Positions 13,183 through 25,834 of a stretch of 64,000 bases of DNA are shown one piece after another. The first letter of the stretch is position 1. Each line of letters starts with the position of its first letter. The notes below the pieces were generated by a model. That model was not told the DNA's origin. It saw nothing but the letters and a program-made list of their open reading frames with translations, and ran no database searches. The stretch comes from Amphiscolops sp. MND2022 (taxonomy: Eukaryota). Location of the stretch: positions 42,348,001 to 42,412,000 of the forward strand of contig OZ076413.1 in the NCBI GenBank assembly GCA_964187785.1, read 5' to 3'. The position numbers were made by a program, and so were the translations under genes.

Positions 13183-13675
13183 TCAGGTGTAAAACAAAAA
13201 GTGTCAGAATCTAATTCATTTCAAATTCATTGACAGTGCCAGGCTGGGCGGGACTCAAATAGATGAATGTGCCCCGGTTGTAACTCTGCTGATGAAATAA
13301 AAATGTTTTTGGAAATGTGTTTGCATATGAATATTAAAATTGAGTCAATGGAGTATGGAGATTTTGACGTCGTGTTTGTTCTTCTTTTCTGCATCATCAT
13401 TGTGTCTCCATAGAACGAAAACGTCGTAATGACTAAATGACATACAGCCGTTGCCGGCTTCTATGATTCCAGAAATGGTCGATTTTTTCAAAAATTCGAG
13501 ATCGAATGTTTCCTTCTAGTTTTATTGTATGAAATACTATCCAAAAACGATAAAAAACGGAAGATAATAACAACAGATTTCATAAGCAGTTTTTGTTTTA
13601 GGTGAAGAAACTATCAATGGTGTCAAAAGCACTGAAACAATTACTTTTCAAATGCCATAGACGAAGTACTTTGAA

Positions 13676-14053
13676 TCAGAGATCAGGGTTGAATCCTGCA
13701 GTGTCTGTTTCCAGCATATCGCACACTGCATAATACTTTTCATCCTCGTACCCATCGTTCAAAAAAGCGTTATAATTTGCTAGCCAAAATTGACCCTCGC
13801 CCCTGTGATCATTCGGGTCCCAGAGTAGCCGGGAAGCCGGTATTGCTTTGTTATCCATGTCAATCCATGTCGCCTTGTTGTCTATCGTTCGCACTCCTAC
13901 CCATTGGTGATACCCTGCTTTTTCGTACAGGAAGTCCAGTTGACCCTTTGTACCATCGAGGTCATCGAACAAATGACCATTTCTATCTCGACAAGTTTTG
14001 GCAGCGGCATTAAAACTCATCTCCCATTTGTAGAAACGCAATGACATAAGGAT
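13676..14053 (-). CDS. Terminal exon encoding a C-type lectin-like domain
   Basis: Open frame with FNAAAKTC..NGHL, WVGV, W.P and LND...AVC motifs. Phase-0 acceptor ttgttacttAG|ATC CTT ATG at 14053; stop at 13676. Confidence 0.85.
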   Translation of the reverse strand: MLMSLRFYKWEMSFNAAAKTCRDRNGHLFDDLDGTKGQLDFLYEKAGYHQWVGVRTIDNKATWIDMDNKAIPASRLLWDPNDHRGEGQFWLANYNAFLNDGYEDEKYYAVCDMLETDTAGFNPDL

Positions 14054-14221
14054 CTAAGTAACAAAACCCTCAAAAGGTTTAATTTCTTAATTCAGCTAAG
14101 ATTCATTACAAAATTAGTGTTTTTAGTCGGCGTTTTCGAAGAAAAAGCACTACTCTCACAGTGGCTAGTTTTTTTTTCGTCAGTTCAACGCGATCGGTCT
14201 ACTTTTTTTGTTCATTTGTTC

Positions 14222-14625
14222 AACTTCTTGGCCGAGAGGTTAACCCGGATTTTCTGGGGTCTGAGAAGCAGGAGAGCCTGGGTTCGAATCTCGCACTAAA
14301 CCAAAAGTTTTTATGCTTTCAAAAGTAGAGGGGAGACCAAAGGGTCCTCTTTGCGGTTTTTTTCGGCACTATGCGACATTTTTCTGAAAATTTTTGAATT
14401 CTATCAAAGCGTACTCCCTTGAATTTCTTGAAGTTTTTGGTTGTAAAAAACTTTCAATAAGCCTAAAGGGTCTTTTTGGGTTTTTCGGCAAAATGCGACT
14501 TTTTTTATCAAATATTTTTTTGAAAAAAAATATTTTATATTTTTTTCCAAGTTTTTCTAATTGTTGTTACTTGACTATTTTTGAGCCTTAGATATGAAGC
14601 CGACTTGGGCCATTCCCGGCTTGTT
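14222..14625. repeat. Interspersed repeat fragment with Pol III A-box/B-box-like motifs (SINE-like or Helentron-associated)
   Basis: TGGCCGAGAGG (14229) and GGTTCGAATC (14281), no cloverleaf, T-rich body, ending GCCGACTTGGGCCATTCCCGGCTTGTT. Confidence 0.4.
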
Positions 14626-14940
14626 CTTTCTTCTTGTCCAAACCTAATTGAGGTCGGAAAAAGTCAAATGTGGCAATCAACGTTCAGTCAAAAAACGGTA
14701 TAACCATAGTTCAATTCACCCATAGTTTCAATAACTATTGAAACTTTTTTGAGGGCAGTACCAAAAGTCAGAGCCCCGCTCAAGGCTAAAAAGGGCAAAG
14801 GTAGCCTAAAAGGTGGCCCTAAAAAAAGTTTTTTTTTGCTTTAATACTCACCAGAAACAACAGAAAATCAACAATTCCCTACTGCTTTTCCCACCATACA
14901 AAAAAAGACACAGCGAGATTCCTTTCGTGAAATCATAATC

Positions 14941-15074
14941 ATTACAATACATATGCCGCAACGAAATAGCAAGATCTTGCTAGTTCGATTAAGAGTCAAT
15001 GAAAACGCGTTATTTTTCTGAATACGCGTTAAGTGTTTTGCTCGTTACACTCTGTGATTTGGCGTTACGCGTAG
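14941..15074 (+). repeat. ~135-bp dispersed hairpin repeat, copy 1
   Basis: Palindrome CGAAATAGCAAGATCTTGCTAGTTCG. Homologous to 39901-39979 (+) and 43914-44047 (-). Confidence 0.8.
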
Positions 15075-15387
15075 ATATTGAAATGTTGGAAAAATTGTGA
15101 GAAAAAAAAGCGTTTCGGAGGGACATTGTTCAAGCAATTTGTTTGGAGTCCTTTTTTGGTTGCATCGAATGGAATTGATCACAATTAACGAGCAAAACCG
15201 GACGCGGTATTAAACTCAAGAGCAAAGTAGGTCAACTTGTCGAAGAATTGTTTCTCAAAAAATTCTTGAAATCTCACAATGCAATTTGATATTGAAAAGG
15301 CGTTCCGATACTTAAAAGCACAAAAAAAAGACTAGGACCATTTTCAAAGTTGATTGTTTTTCATAAAAATCGCACTGTACCGGAAAC

Positions 15388-16315
15388 TCTGAAGTCCCTC
15401 TCTCTGGGTTATGCTTTCAACTTCTCAATTCCTGGAAATCGAGGCTGTGTTTTCGAATTGGAACTCGCTCGCTCCGGCGTCCAGGTTATCTCGATTCTCA
15501 TCAGATAAGGAATCAATCTTGGAAGAAAGATTTTCTATCGTCTTCAAAATTTCCCTCGGATTGGTCTCAGTTTCCTTAAGCCTCTTACAAACGGACCTTT
15601 CACACTTTCAAAAATTCCAGAGAAATCCCTATCTGATATACTGGGCGCGTTTTCTCTCCTTAGACATGCGGCTTCCGGCACTTCCACTGAGCTTGCAGGG
15701 GAGTCTCTCCTTGCTTTCCTTTTCGAAACCTTTTCTGGCATTTTGAGTTTTAAGCTTTGGACAGTCTGTGGGTTTCTTTCAGTATCTTCCAGTGAAAAAT
15801 TGAGAAAAGTTGGAGATTTCCAACATTTTATTGACTGAAATGAGATGTGAAACAACAAATGTTTTGCAAAGTTACTATTATTTCAACTGAACAAATTTAG
15901 TTCTTTCATCGGATTTATACTTATGACCTGCAAAATTGAGGGAACAAGGCAAACAACCTTCACGCTTCGTTCAGCCCGGCATCTCTCCAAGGCGGAGAAA
16001 CCGGAAGTTCAGGTCAGCTTTTTCTAACTCAGACTCTCAGTCTGTTCATGCTTCCCGAGGAAAGTAAACTTCCACTTCCTGTCTGAGTTGCGACTCCGCT
16101 TCCCTTCACCTCCAATTCCCTCCTTTTGGAGACGCCGAAGCTGAACTCAGCAATGAAGAGAGGAAATTAGTCATCAATCACGCCCAAAGGACAAAAAAAC
16201 GAAACAAACCAATGACACTCGCAATGTAGAAAATAGATATTTCCCAAATTAACACAATCAACTAAAATAATGCGCAAAAGGAATGATTATGTGAAATACA
16301 ACTGTAAATTGGCCT
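15388..16315 (-). repeat. Gypsy 3' LTR (segment shared with the 5' LTR; may extend to 16454)
   Basis: Aligns end to end with 34621-35548, roughly 85% identical by eye. Contains the LTR ORF starting at ATG 15741. Confidence 0.9.
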
Positions 16316-16457
16316 CGAATCGTAGATGCGCCATGTAGAGTCGCTTTCCCAGCTACTGCCTAACCAATATCTTCTGAGCTGCTACTTTCGCTAATTGGGC
16401 TTATAAAAACGTCTTCTGGAATGACAGCATTGTCTGTAGTAAACGGCCTTATCACTC

Positions 16458-17200
16458 CTAGTTCGTTTTTTTTTCATTAGTTGTGTTAATTGGCGTTCTT
16501 TCGTGGACCAGTACCACGTGTTGATCTTCCGTCTTGACAATCTCGTAAATACTATTGCGCGTTTGGTTAATTAAGTTATAATTGGGTGGCGGTGTACTGG
16601 GCCTTTGGTTAGGTAGGTCTCTGTCAAGAATAAATATATCTTCTTGCTTACTTTCGCTTTGAGTAATGTGATTCATTGTTCGGTAAGCAGATTAGATTTC
16701 AATCGTTTTGTAGTGCATCTGATTTATTCCGCTTTGAAAACTTTGTTCACATGGTTTGTGCTAATCTTTTGAAGTGTTCAGCTGGCAGACTGAACAACGC
16801 TCCTTATATAGTGAATAACTCCTTGATATTAATATTGAATGATTTTACGACACGTATTTTTTTTATTTTATGTCGTTTGTTACTTCCAGATTGTTTTGCA
16901 AGAAAAATGTGCTCCACTGAGGAGGATAGTGCTCTGTTGCACCGTAGCCGAGAGTCCAGATTGGTGTAGAGTGGAGGAGAGATTGAGTCTGTCGTCAAGT
17001 CAGTAGTTCGGGAAGAAGGAGGAAGAGAGAATGTGGATGACGAGCAGGATGAGTGTGTGGAAGAAGGTAGTGCTAAGACTGGGACTGCTGCAGGTCATGG
17101 TTCCGGCGAGAAGGACAGCTCCAGTGATGGTAGTAGTGGTAACGATTATGAGGAGAGTTGTGCCGCGATAGGGTCATATCACTCTTCCTTTAGCGATGAC
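16458..17200 (-). pseudogene. Remnant of an extra, env-position ORF of the Gypsy element (hydrophobic segments plus a PPxY tail)
   Basis: Sense-strand TTLLIIVTTTITGAVLLAG...FFHTLILLVIHILSSSFF (~17010-17165). Tail ORF 16458-16676 contains PPPNY. Several stops lie between the two. Confidence 0.45.
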
Positions 17201-17209
17201 CGTCATGAT

Positions 17210-20200
17210 CTGGACTACTTGGTAGCAAGAAAAGTGTCCTTTTCTAGGAATTAATAGGTGGCCAACCTTTCCTAGGTCTCTTTGAACGCGTTCTTTTCAT
17301 CTACTTTTTGTAGTTACTGATGACGAGAGTGATGATGATTATGTCCCCTCCCGCAAATTGAAATCTCAAGGCAAATCAAAACAACGGACGAGCCGGTTCC
17401 TGTCTACTAGCAGTGTGCGGTATTCTAAGCGGGTGCGTTTGGCGGAGGTAGTGGCTGGGACTGTCCCTAGGCCCCCTGGTTTGATCGGCAGTTCTGGAGA
17501 CGCTTATGTGTCCCCGATTGTCTCTGCATCACGAACTCTAGAAGGTAGGTATTCCGACTTCTTTCTTTACCGGGTATAAAATTGTGTGGGCGGGTACCGG
17601 TTTTAGGTTTGCCTTTCCGCGTATGAACTTTATGTTTTGTTTCGTAGTCGCTAATCCAGAGCCTGGATCCGAGATGCAGTTGTCTGCCTCTACACAGGCT
17701 GTTGCTGGCAGTGAGAGTGACGTCTTCATTTTTGAAGAGGCTCGATATACCTCTGCTTCTCGGTGCGGGTTCTCATACAATTCGGACAAAACATTGTCGG
17801 GCCGCTGTGGGTTTGGAGCCCCCGTCGTGTATAATGATTGGGAAACACGTATAGTTTCACCTTTTGTTGTTTTACTGCTGAATATGTTTTCTGAGTGTCT
17901 CGCTTGATGTGTCGTTTTTCTGTGTTATCGTATAGTTGTGTAGGTCTGTTGTTGGTAACATCGGATTTAATTCTGATTTTCTTTTCAGTTGTCTTGAAGT
18001 CTGCTCCACCTGCTTGATGTGTGCCCATGCTAATGTCTTCAGCCCAATGTGTGATGCTTGCCCGGAGTGCTTCCCGAGCTGAGCAAACGGAAACGCTCAA
18101 AGAGACCAAGACTTTAGCCAAACGTAAGTTGTCATCCAAGACTATTTTTTTTCGTTTGTCCTTGTTTGGGTTTTGTCTTCTCTGTCTTTTGAAGATTGCT
18201 GGTGTACTTTTGTTCGTAACCGTTTGTCTATTTCGACTGACGGTTCTTCTTGTGTTGTTGTTCGCTTTTGGTTTGTCCGTTATGTGTCCTCTGTTTTAGA
18301 GTTTGAAGAATTGTTTTGACTTCTAAAGAGGAAAGGGATTGACGCTAACGGTCGCAGGGGTATTGTGGATCCCGTGGAAGTGAAAGAAGAGCTGCTGTTA
18401 CCTCGTGATGAAATGCGAAGAGCGAATAAACAAGCAGAGTGAGCAACACGTCCTAACAAAAGCCATGGAGAATCTTGCTATTGCTCGTTTACTTGTCAGT
18501 CGACGCAATGGCAAAAGTCGAAATTGTTTCAGTTGTGCCATATGCCAGAAAAATGTCTCTTTCCTGTCACGGGGTCATCGGGGCATCTGGAGGCATTGTA
18601 AGTGTAAGGGGCACTTCCTGAAAGACCGCCGTTCTCGTTTGGACCATGAAGATGTGCTGTTTGATGAGAATCTGGATGCTATACCAGTTGCTGAGGTATC
18701 TGCAGAGTTGCGAACAGTAATTAAACAAACCCCTCCTGTTACACTCGGCAAGATGAATAACTTCGTAGAGGACGAGGTCGATGTACTGGTCGGCGTCCCG
18801 TCCAATGCACCACCGACGATTCTAGTTGGATGTCTTTTCGAGTTGTTGAGGAGCGGAGGTTCCCAAGTCTTCCTGCGTCGGCTCTGGAATCATTTTCGGA
18901 CTACACTGCCTGTAGAGAGCCCTTATGCGTCAGTGAGTTGTATCAAGACGGAGACTTTGGTCGTGATCGTGCAAACTTTCTACCCTCGAGTGCTTAAACG
19001 CGTGAAATCGTGGCTTGGTGACAGTCCTTTTAGCTTGCCGCTGCAGTCTTCACTCTCCGGGGTGAAGTGTGTCGTCCGTTGCTGTCCCGACGATTCTCTG
19101 AGCGAAAACTGTTTGGTCGATGTGGCGCTTGGTGAGGCTTTGTGTGAGGCAGAGATGCAATGCCTGGCTCGGGTGCTGTCACTTGTGGCGACTCGTCGTG
19201 GGCCCGTGTCCATCCAAGGCTGTTCTCCCGTGCTGTTCATTTCGTACGTGAACTGGTGTCGAGCAGGGGGCCAACCTACTCCTATCGCTGCTGTCGATTT
19301 CGACTCCGACGTTCTTCGTCGCCTAATTCATGAGTCGAGTTTCGTGTGTATTAAGTCAGTGGACCCTTTTGCCACTGTGGAGTATCTGGTGCAATGTTTG
19401 AAGCGGGTCCGGCATAATGCTTGGCTGTTGAATTTGCACGGTTTCGTCTGTGACTCGAATCTGGCGATATTCCCTTTGCTTCATTATGCGACGTGATCCA
19501 ACAACTGTTGGACAATTGGTCTGACATCAAGATTTGCCTGTCGAACGATGTCCTCTTGATGAAGAAAAGACTTAATGCAGTTGCCCTGGGTTCGTTAGTA
19601 TGTTCGGATCGCTTCGGACTGCCTCGACTCGCCTTACTACATGTTTTGCTGTGGTGTTTCCAGTCAATGCAGAAGATAGTTTGAATCATCTGTGCACGAT
19701 TATGGCTGGAGGAATTTCGATGATTTTTGTTTTTTTTTGGAACTTTTTGAGCAAGGTGAAGAAAGTCAGTCAATTGCCCTCGATTGATAACTGGTTTGAG
19801 TACGTGTCAAAGCCTCTGTTGCTGAATGTTTGCAGGAGCAAGACGGCGTCTTTGGTCGAGATCGTGCAAACTCTCTACCTTCGAGTGCTTAGACGTGTGA
19901 AATCGTGGCAAGGTGACAGTCCTTTTAGAGGGTCGAGTATCTTAAAAGCCCTTCGGGGCTTCGAGGATGTGCCACGACGTTCCTTTTTGCGCGAGTGCCA
20001 AGGATATCCACTTGAACTTCTGAAGCAGCTGGGTTCCAGTCCTTATGCAAGTTCGCGGATTGCCCGGTCGTTCATTTCTTTGAGTGTCGACATGTTGTTG
20101 GGTGGGGACGCTGATCAGGTCTCAGATCTGTTCCACGATCCCGTGCTGTCTTGATGGAGTGGAGCGCGAGTTAGCTTCATTTAAATTCAAGTCTCTGATT

Positions 20201-20928
20201 GTGCGTGGGCTTGCGTCAGCGTGCTGTGGACTGCTCTCAGGTCAATGATGTCTTGAACGTTTTGGAGTCTCTTGAAAGTTATCAGTGTCGAGCCCAAGTG
20301 AAACAGGTTGTCCGACTCGTGCGTGTAATGGTGTGTTCTACACCCAGTACCATGCTTCTTGTGGAAGTGTCAACTAGTGGCTGTAGTGTGCCTTTGTCAG
20401 TTATACAGTCTGGTCTGAGTGGTGTCCAGTCGTTCGTGATGCAGCCAAAGTTAGTGTCGACTGAGCTTTTGACAGTGGACTGCATCGAAGAGTTGAAGGG
20501 CAATTTGCTAAATGGACTTCAGTTTTTGGGGTTCAGTACTTTCGATCCCTGGGGCAGCGTCAGTCGTCATCCATATGATGATGTCTTCGGGAGCATTTTC
20601 CGTTGTTATACTGCCTACCGTTCTGGGCAAGTTGATGAGTGGAGTTCTCGTATAGCTGTTGGCCCATCATCTCGCTGCGGTGCCTCTGGGACCGCCTCCA
20701 TTGCTGATACAGATTCTGTTGGTGAAATGTCTGTGTCTCGACGGTCCACTACAAGTTCAGCATCGCAGAAGAAGAAGGGAAGTCGTAACAGCCTTCGACA
20801 GCAGAAGTCGTATTAGACTTATGCAATGATTAGACTTTTTGATGAACTGTTTTGTTTGTTATCTCTTCTGCTGTAGTGTTGTTTTAATCTTTAGTGTAGT
20901 TCGGATCCGCAAGTCGGTTCCAACATTG
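17210..20928 (+). mobile_element. hAT-like DNA transposon remnant with a spliced gene, inserted antisense in the Gypsy 3' region
   Basis: The right end, read on the minus strand, is CAATGTTGGAACCG (CAGTGTT-like TIR). The left TIR was not found. GT/AG-bounded segments occur at 17313-17546, from 17648 and from 18300. Confidence 0.5.
18300..20816 (+). pseudogene. Zinc-finger, hAT-transposase-like pseudogene
   Basis: Consecutive ORFs 18405-19496, 19493-19684, 19600-20154 and 20199-20816, with CX2CX16HX5H (CAIC...RHCKCKGH). No clear catalytic DDE is recognisable. Confidence 0.5.
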
Positions 20929-21199
20929 AAAAAAGAAAAGGATTTGCCTGCACTGGTATTATTGAGCAAGATAAAGAACTAACACAAAATGGGAGGCGGC
21001 TCAATCATCCCTTGGGTCTTTCAATTTAGTATTTAGCCTCTGTGTCGTTTTCATCCGAGACGTGTAGTGAGAGAGATTTTTATTGTAGGTTGAGAAGATT
21101 GTGAGTGAGATGTAGGGTAGCCGTCCAGGCCAGTGACTGGGGCTTTTCAATTTTCTGATCACGGGCCACCGTCTGGGCCGAGGTCCTCCAGGATTTGTA

Positions 21200-24100
21200 T
21201 TTCTGTTCTGGCGTCAAGGCCACTGTTCAAATTTGGCATATTTCTTGAATTGATCTCTGAGGCGTTATAATGGGCGAAGTCTGGCTTCCAGTTTGAGGCT
21301 GGGTTTGGTCGATGATTGTATTTTGATTGTCGGAGGGATTTGGGGATTGACCAATATTAGGTTCCGTGTTGGCACGTTCCGCTGTGTCGTTGTATTCCGT
21401 CGAATTATCTGGGGCAATGTCCTCAGTGGTGCGTCTTGAAACCTTTTGTTGTCATGATGGGTAATTCTAAGTTCATCAGAATGGGCATTTTGGGTGTGTT
21501 GAAGTGTTCGGATCCCGATTGCCATGCTAAGGCGTATAGGTCATTGTGTAAAAATTCAACCTCGTTGTCGGGTGGGATATATTTTGATTGGACTTGAAAA
21601 TCAGGTAGGCGATTCTTGGTTGGGTAGGGCTTAGGCGCATTCTGTGAAGAATTTGCGTCTTGTTGGTTTGTAATCGCGTTATAAGATAAATGTTGTTTGG
21701 GAGGGTCTTCACTACTATGTATGGCCCCGTCCACAAATACTCTCGGAATGGTAACTTGGACCCTTGGTCGCTTGCTTGGGGGTGTAGGGCGTAGCAATAA
21801 TCATTTATTTTCAGAGGATGACCAGAAGCTTTCCTGTCACTGTCTTGCTTGTACCGTATGTACAACTGTAGGAGGTGCTTGCTCATTGTCAGTTGTCGAT
21901 GTCTTGCTCTGTGCCTGTTTGAGCCCAAATTTCAGGTCGAGCACGTTGTAATGTATTCTGCCGTGAAACACTCTGAATGTGAAACACTCTGAATGAAACA
22001 CTCTGAATTAAACACCGCTGAATGTTATGTCGTATTGTAGTTGAGTGTGGCGATGGGTTCAAATTGGTGCCACATCGTTCGGCGCTCCCCTATGGATTTT
22101 TTAGGTGCTTCCTTCAACGACGCATAGCAACGTTTCAATATGTCGGTTGTCTGCGCGTGTTTTGTTGTACCATGACGCATCTGGATGCCTAGGAAACGGG
22201 ATGTGTCGCCAATCATTTCAGACATGAACTTGGTCCCTTTGTCTGTGATGATGGTTGTGGGGAGGTACGCGTAGCGCGTCATGATCTCGATTAGTACTCG
22301 GGCGATGGTTTTAGCATCGATTCTGGAAACGCAGTATGTGAATAAGTATCGTGAGAATACATCCCTGGCTGTGACTATAGCCGTATATCTGTTTGAAGGT
22401 TCGTCGAACGGGACGATGTCCAATTGTAAGGCTTCTTCTGGTCCCATTGCGGGTTTGGAAGTATTAATCATCGGCGGAGTGAAAAAGTGGTGTTCTGTTC
22501 GTTTGATTTGCAAGCATTTCTTGCATTGAATGATGTGTTCGGCAATTCTGGACGCTAAACCTGGGAAGTGATACTTCTCTCGGCATTGTTGTATTACTTT
22601 GGTGGTCCCAGGGTGCTTGTTGTTCATTCCGTGGTGGGATTCAAGGAAGGCATTGACTAAGTGTTCCGGCAGGAGTACCCGTAAATATTTGTCTTCCTTG
22701 GTCTCGCCAAAATACTGCTGGTATAGCAGTCCATCCTTGAGGATGACGTGGGATTCTTGAGTGATATACTGGAATGCTCTCCGGTTTGTGGCCATCAGCT
22801 GTTCGTCAAAGGCTTCTTTTAGGAGGCGTAGTTTGTGATTTCGTAGAACATGGACTTGGTCTTGGTATTGGTCTTGGTCTTGGTGTTGGTCTTGGTGTTT
22901 GTCTTGGTCTTGTTGGCGTCTCATGTCACGAGGTAAAGTTCGGTTATGTTTTTCTTCGTCGTCACAGTTTCTTCTAATAACTTCCGTTTGAGATATGATA
23001 GTATCGGTCTCTGTATTGGGTTCGTTGGTTTTTGGGTCTTCTCTTGGCGTTGTGGTGGTGTCATTTCGAGCATTTTTTTCTTGCTCTCTGTTTTCTTGAC
23101 CAAATTTGTTCTTCTGTCTCTGTTCGTCGTCGGGGAGAAAGTATAATTGTTCCTCTTCATCGACGTTGGATGACTGAATATATACCTCGATGGGTGAGGT
23201 CTGGATGTCATCTCGTTTTAGAAGTTGGACCTTGTCGTTAGGATCAAGGTCGAGTCTAGATAGAAAATCCGCTGCGGTATTCATGCGACCTGGGACGTAC
23301 GCAAATGTGACGTTGAACTGCAGAACGAAGTCACATGCATTCCACAGGGCTGGGGGAATGATCTTGGTCTGGAACAAGCGAGTCACAGGCTTGTTGTCCG
23401 TCAGGACGAGGACCGGTTTGGTCGATCCCCAGAGGATGTGGCTATACTCCATAAGTGTATGACCAGGAACTCTTTGGCATATATGGACATTTTGATATTT
23501 GACGGTGAGAAGGTTTTAGAACCGAAAACTACTGGAGCAGATGTCTTTTTTACTGACAATAGTTTCTGGTCGGCGTTTTCCTCAATCATGAGGGCGTAGC
23601 CGGCATTTTCGAAATTGGCGTCGGTCATAAGCACGTATTGCTTATTGGGTAGGGGTTGTTTCAGCCATAGGCCACAAGCGTTGTCTAGAGTCTTTTTGAT
23701 GCCTTCGAACGTTGCGATGGTCTCGTTAGTGATTTTGATTGGTTTGTCAGCTTTGACCAAGTCGTGGAAAGGTGCAGTTTTCTCCGAGTTTCCAAGAATC
23801 TAATTGCGATAGTAATTGACAAATCCAATGTACTTCTGGAGACCCTTCTTTGTTTTTGGAATCGACAGTTTTTGGACAAAAACTTTGATTTTGTGTGCTT
23901 GGGGGGGCAATGCGTTCTGGTGAGACGGTTCGTCCAAAAAATTCGACTTTCTTGGCACCGAACTGACACTTGGCCGTCGTCAGACGGAAATCTGTTTCGC
24001 TGACGCACTGAAAGACCTCGCGCAGGTTGGTCTTCAACTCCTCGGCGTTGTGGGTGGCTATCCCGATCTCGTCGACATACTGAGCGCGTTTGTCAGCTAT

Positions 24101-24650
24101 GATGACTCTGTCGAGATATTCCCTCATGAAACTCCAGGAGGAGGAGAGAGATCAGCTGACCCCTTGTGCGAGTCGCAGGTATGCGAATGTCCGACTGGCG
24201 AAATTGAACGCCAGGAGTTCGACTGATTTTTGGTCTGCCATTTGCAGTACGTGATACGCTTGAGAGCAGTCGAGTTTACAAAGTAGTTTCTTTCCTGCCA
24301 AGTGTTGGGCTGCGTCTGAGAGGGTGCTCACCGGGTGGTTGTTTTTTATGTAGTTGTCGGAAATATGTTTATCTTTTTCAAGTCGACGAGCAAGCATGTC
24401 TGGTAAATTTGTATCCTTCGGGCAAACATCGGCCTGGCGTATTTGCTGAAGGGTAGTGTTGTAATGATGCCGTAGTAGTGCAGCAGTGCCAACTCCACGG
24501 CCAGTTCATCCTTCAGGTTGACAGGGCATGGCAAGCTCTCTGTAAACGCTGGTTGTTCCATTTTGAGGATGAGTTTTGTCTTAAACTTGTTTTTGATACC
24601 GATTTCAAGGCGGTGCCTTGCGAAGATGTAATTGTTTTCGCTGAGATCAC
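21200..24650 (-). pseudogene. pol: Gypsy pol: RT, RNase H and integrase
   Basis: IFARHRLEIG, KLDCSQAYH, QYVDEIG, VLMTDA, VLTDNK, NTAADFLSR, HPG..CKKC, LDIVP, IITDKG and WTGPY motifs, with frameshifts. Confidence 0.95.
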
Positions 24651-25486
24651 TGTATTCGACAGTCAATTGCAAGACGAGAAACTGAATTTTGAACGTGACT
24701 GATGAATCCTTTAATTGAAAACACTTAGAAAGTTTATCAAGGTTTCAGTTGGAAAATATACAAGGTTTATCATAAATAGGGCATCCCAAAAATGGGCCAC
24801 CCCCTTTTTGAGAAGCACTTGTCCAATTAGCCTGAAACTTAGCATGTATAGACTAGAGGTGCAAACTCAAATTTTGACTCGAAACATTCAACACTGTATC
24901 TACCCTGGGTTTTGAGCAAATAACACTCAAAGTGACCTAAGTCGGCCTCCATGAAAACCCAATTTTGATACACAAAATATGTGATTTTTTCATATGACCT
25001 TGAAGGAAATGTAACTCTGTTGAAATTAAAGATAATTACATTGTGTAAACATGTATTCCAGCCCACCTAACCAACATGCAAAAACCACCACATAGTTTGT
25101 TTAGTTAGCCAATAACGTCATTTTATGGTCTAAATGTCATTTATTTATACTTACTTATATTTGCCTTTATTTACTGAAGAAATGTAAATCTGATTTATAC
25201 CAATAGTAGATGGAGACTTTCACGACCGAATAGCTATAGTCAAGTTGGGTCTCAGGACCGCGAGACCAATTAATTTTGTGCCGGATCACATTGGATCGAA
25301 TTCAGTGTAAAGCGGGATCGCAGGAGATTCAACGGGTCACATCGGACACACCAGCCAAAAGATACAGTCATTTAAAACAAGAAATTCAAGACTTGTTTAG
25401 TGACGGTCCACAGCAGTAAGCAACGGATCAGGTCGGCGTAAAGCTTGTCAAGCCTCAGCGTAGGATAAGGGCAAGCAGCTGTTATG
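24651..25486 (+). repeat. BEL/Pao 5' LTR
   Basis: Begins TGT. Aligns to 31945-32840 with a ~38-bp extra segment and a ~95-bp gap. Confidence 0.9.
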
Positions 25487-25615
25487 TTTGGTCCGCCGAC
25501 CCGGACAACTCGATGGTGGACGACTCGGACTTGAAGAAGACGAAGACGAAGACGACTCGTTGGTGGACAACCGAGAAGATTGCCCAGGAAGAACAGGTGT
25601 CTGAATCTTGGAATC

Positions 25616-25797
25616 TCTGCCATTGTGTCTCTGGGAGTTTGGGCTATTGTGACTCTGGGTGTTTGGGCTACTGTGTCTCTGGGAGATTGGGCCACTGCGT
25701 CTCTGGAGATTGGGCTACTGTAACTCTAGGAGATTGGGCTATTGTGTCTTTTGGAGATTTTGACTCTGGGAGTTAGAGCTATTGTGACTTTGGGAAC
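25616..25797 (+). repeat. 24-bp minisatellite in the BEL 5' leader
   Basis: About 7-8 degenerate copies of GGGCTATTGTGTCTCTGGGAGATT. Confidence 0.85.
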
Positions 25798-25834
25798 TAA
25801 ATTCAATTCCGAAGTGAAGAGTTTGAAGAACATC

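Noticed and set aside
14222..14300. tRNA gene
   Set aside because: A and B boxes are present, but no acceptor or anticodon stems can be formed.
17033..17254. Acidic Ser/Gly-rich plus-strand ORF
   Set aside because: It is the antisense shadow of the hydrophobic minus-strand Gypsy ORF.
25616..25797. CRISPR-like appearance of short repeats (also the MITE arrays and the 180-bp array)
   Set aside because: The units are head-to-tail without unique spacers, there are no cas genes, and the context is eukaryotic.
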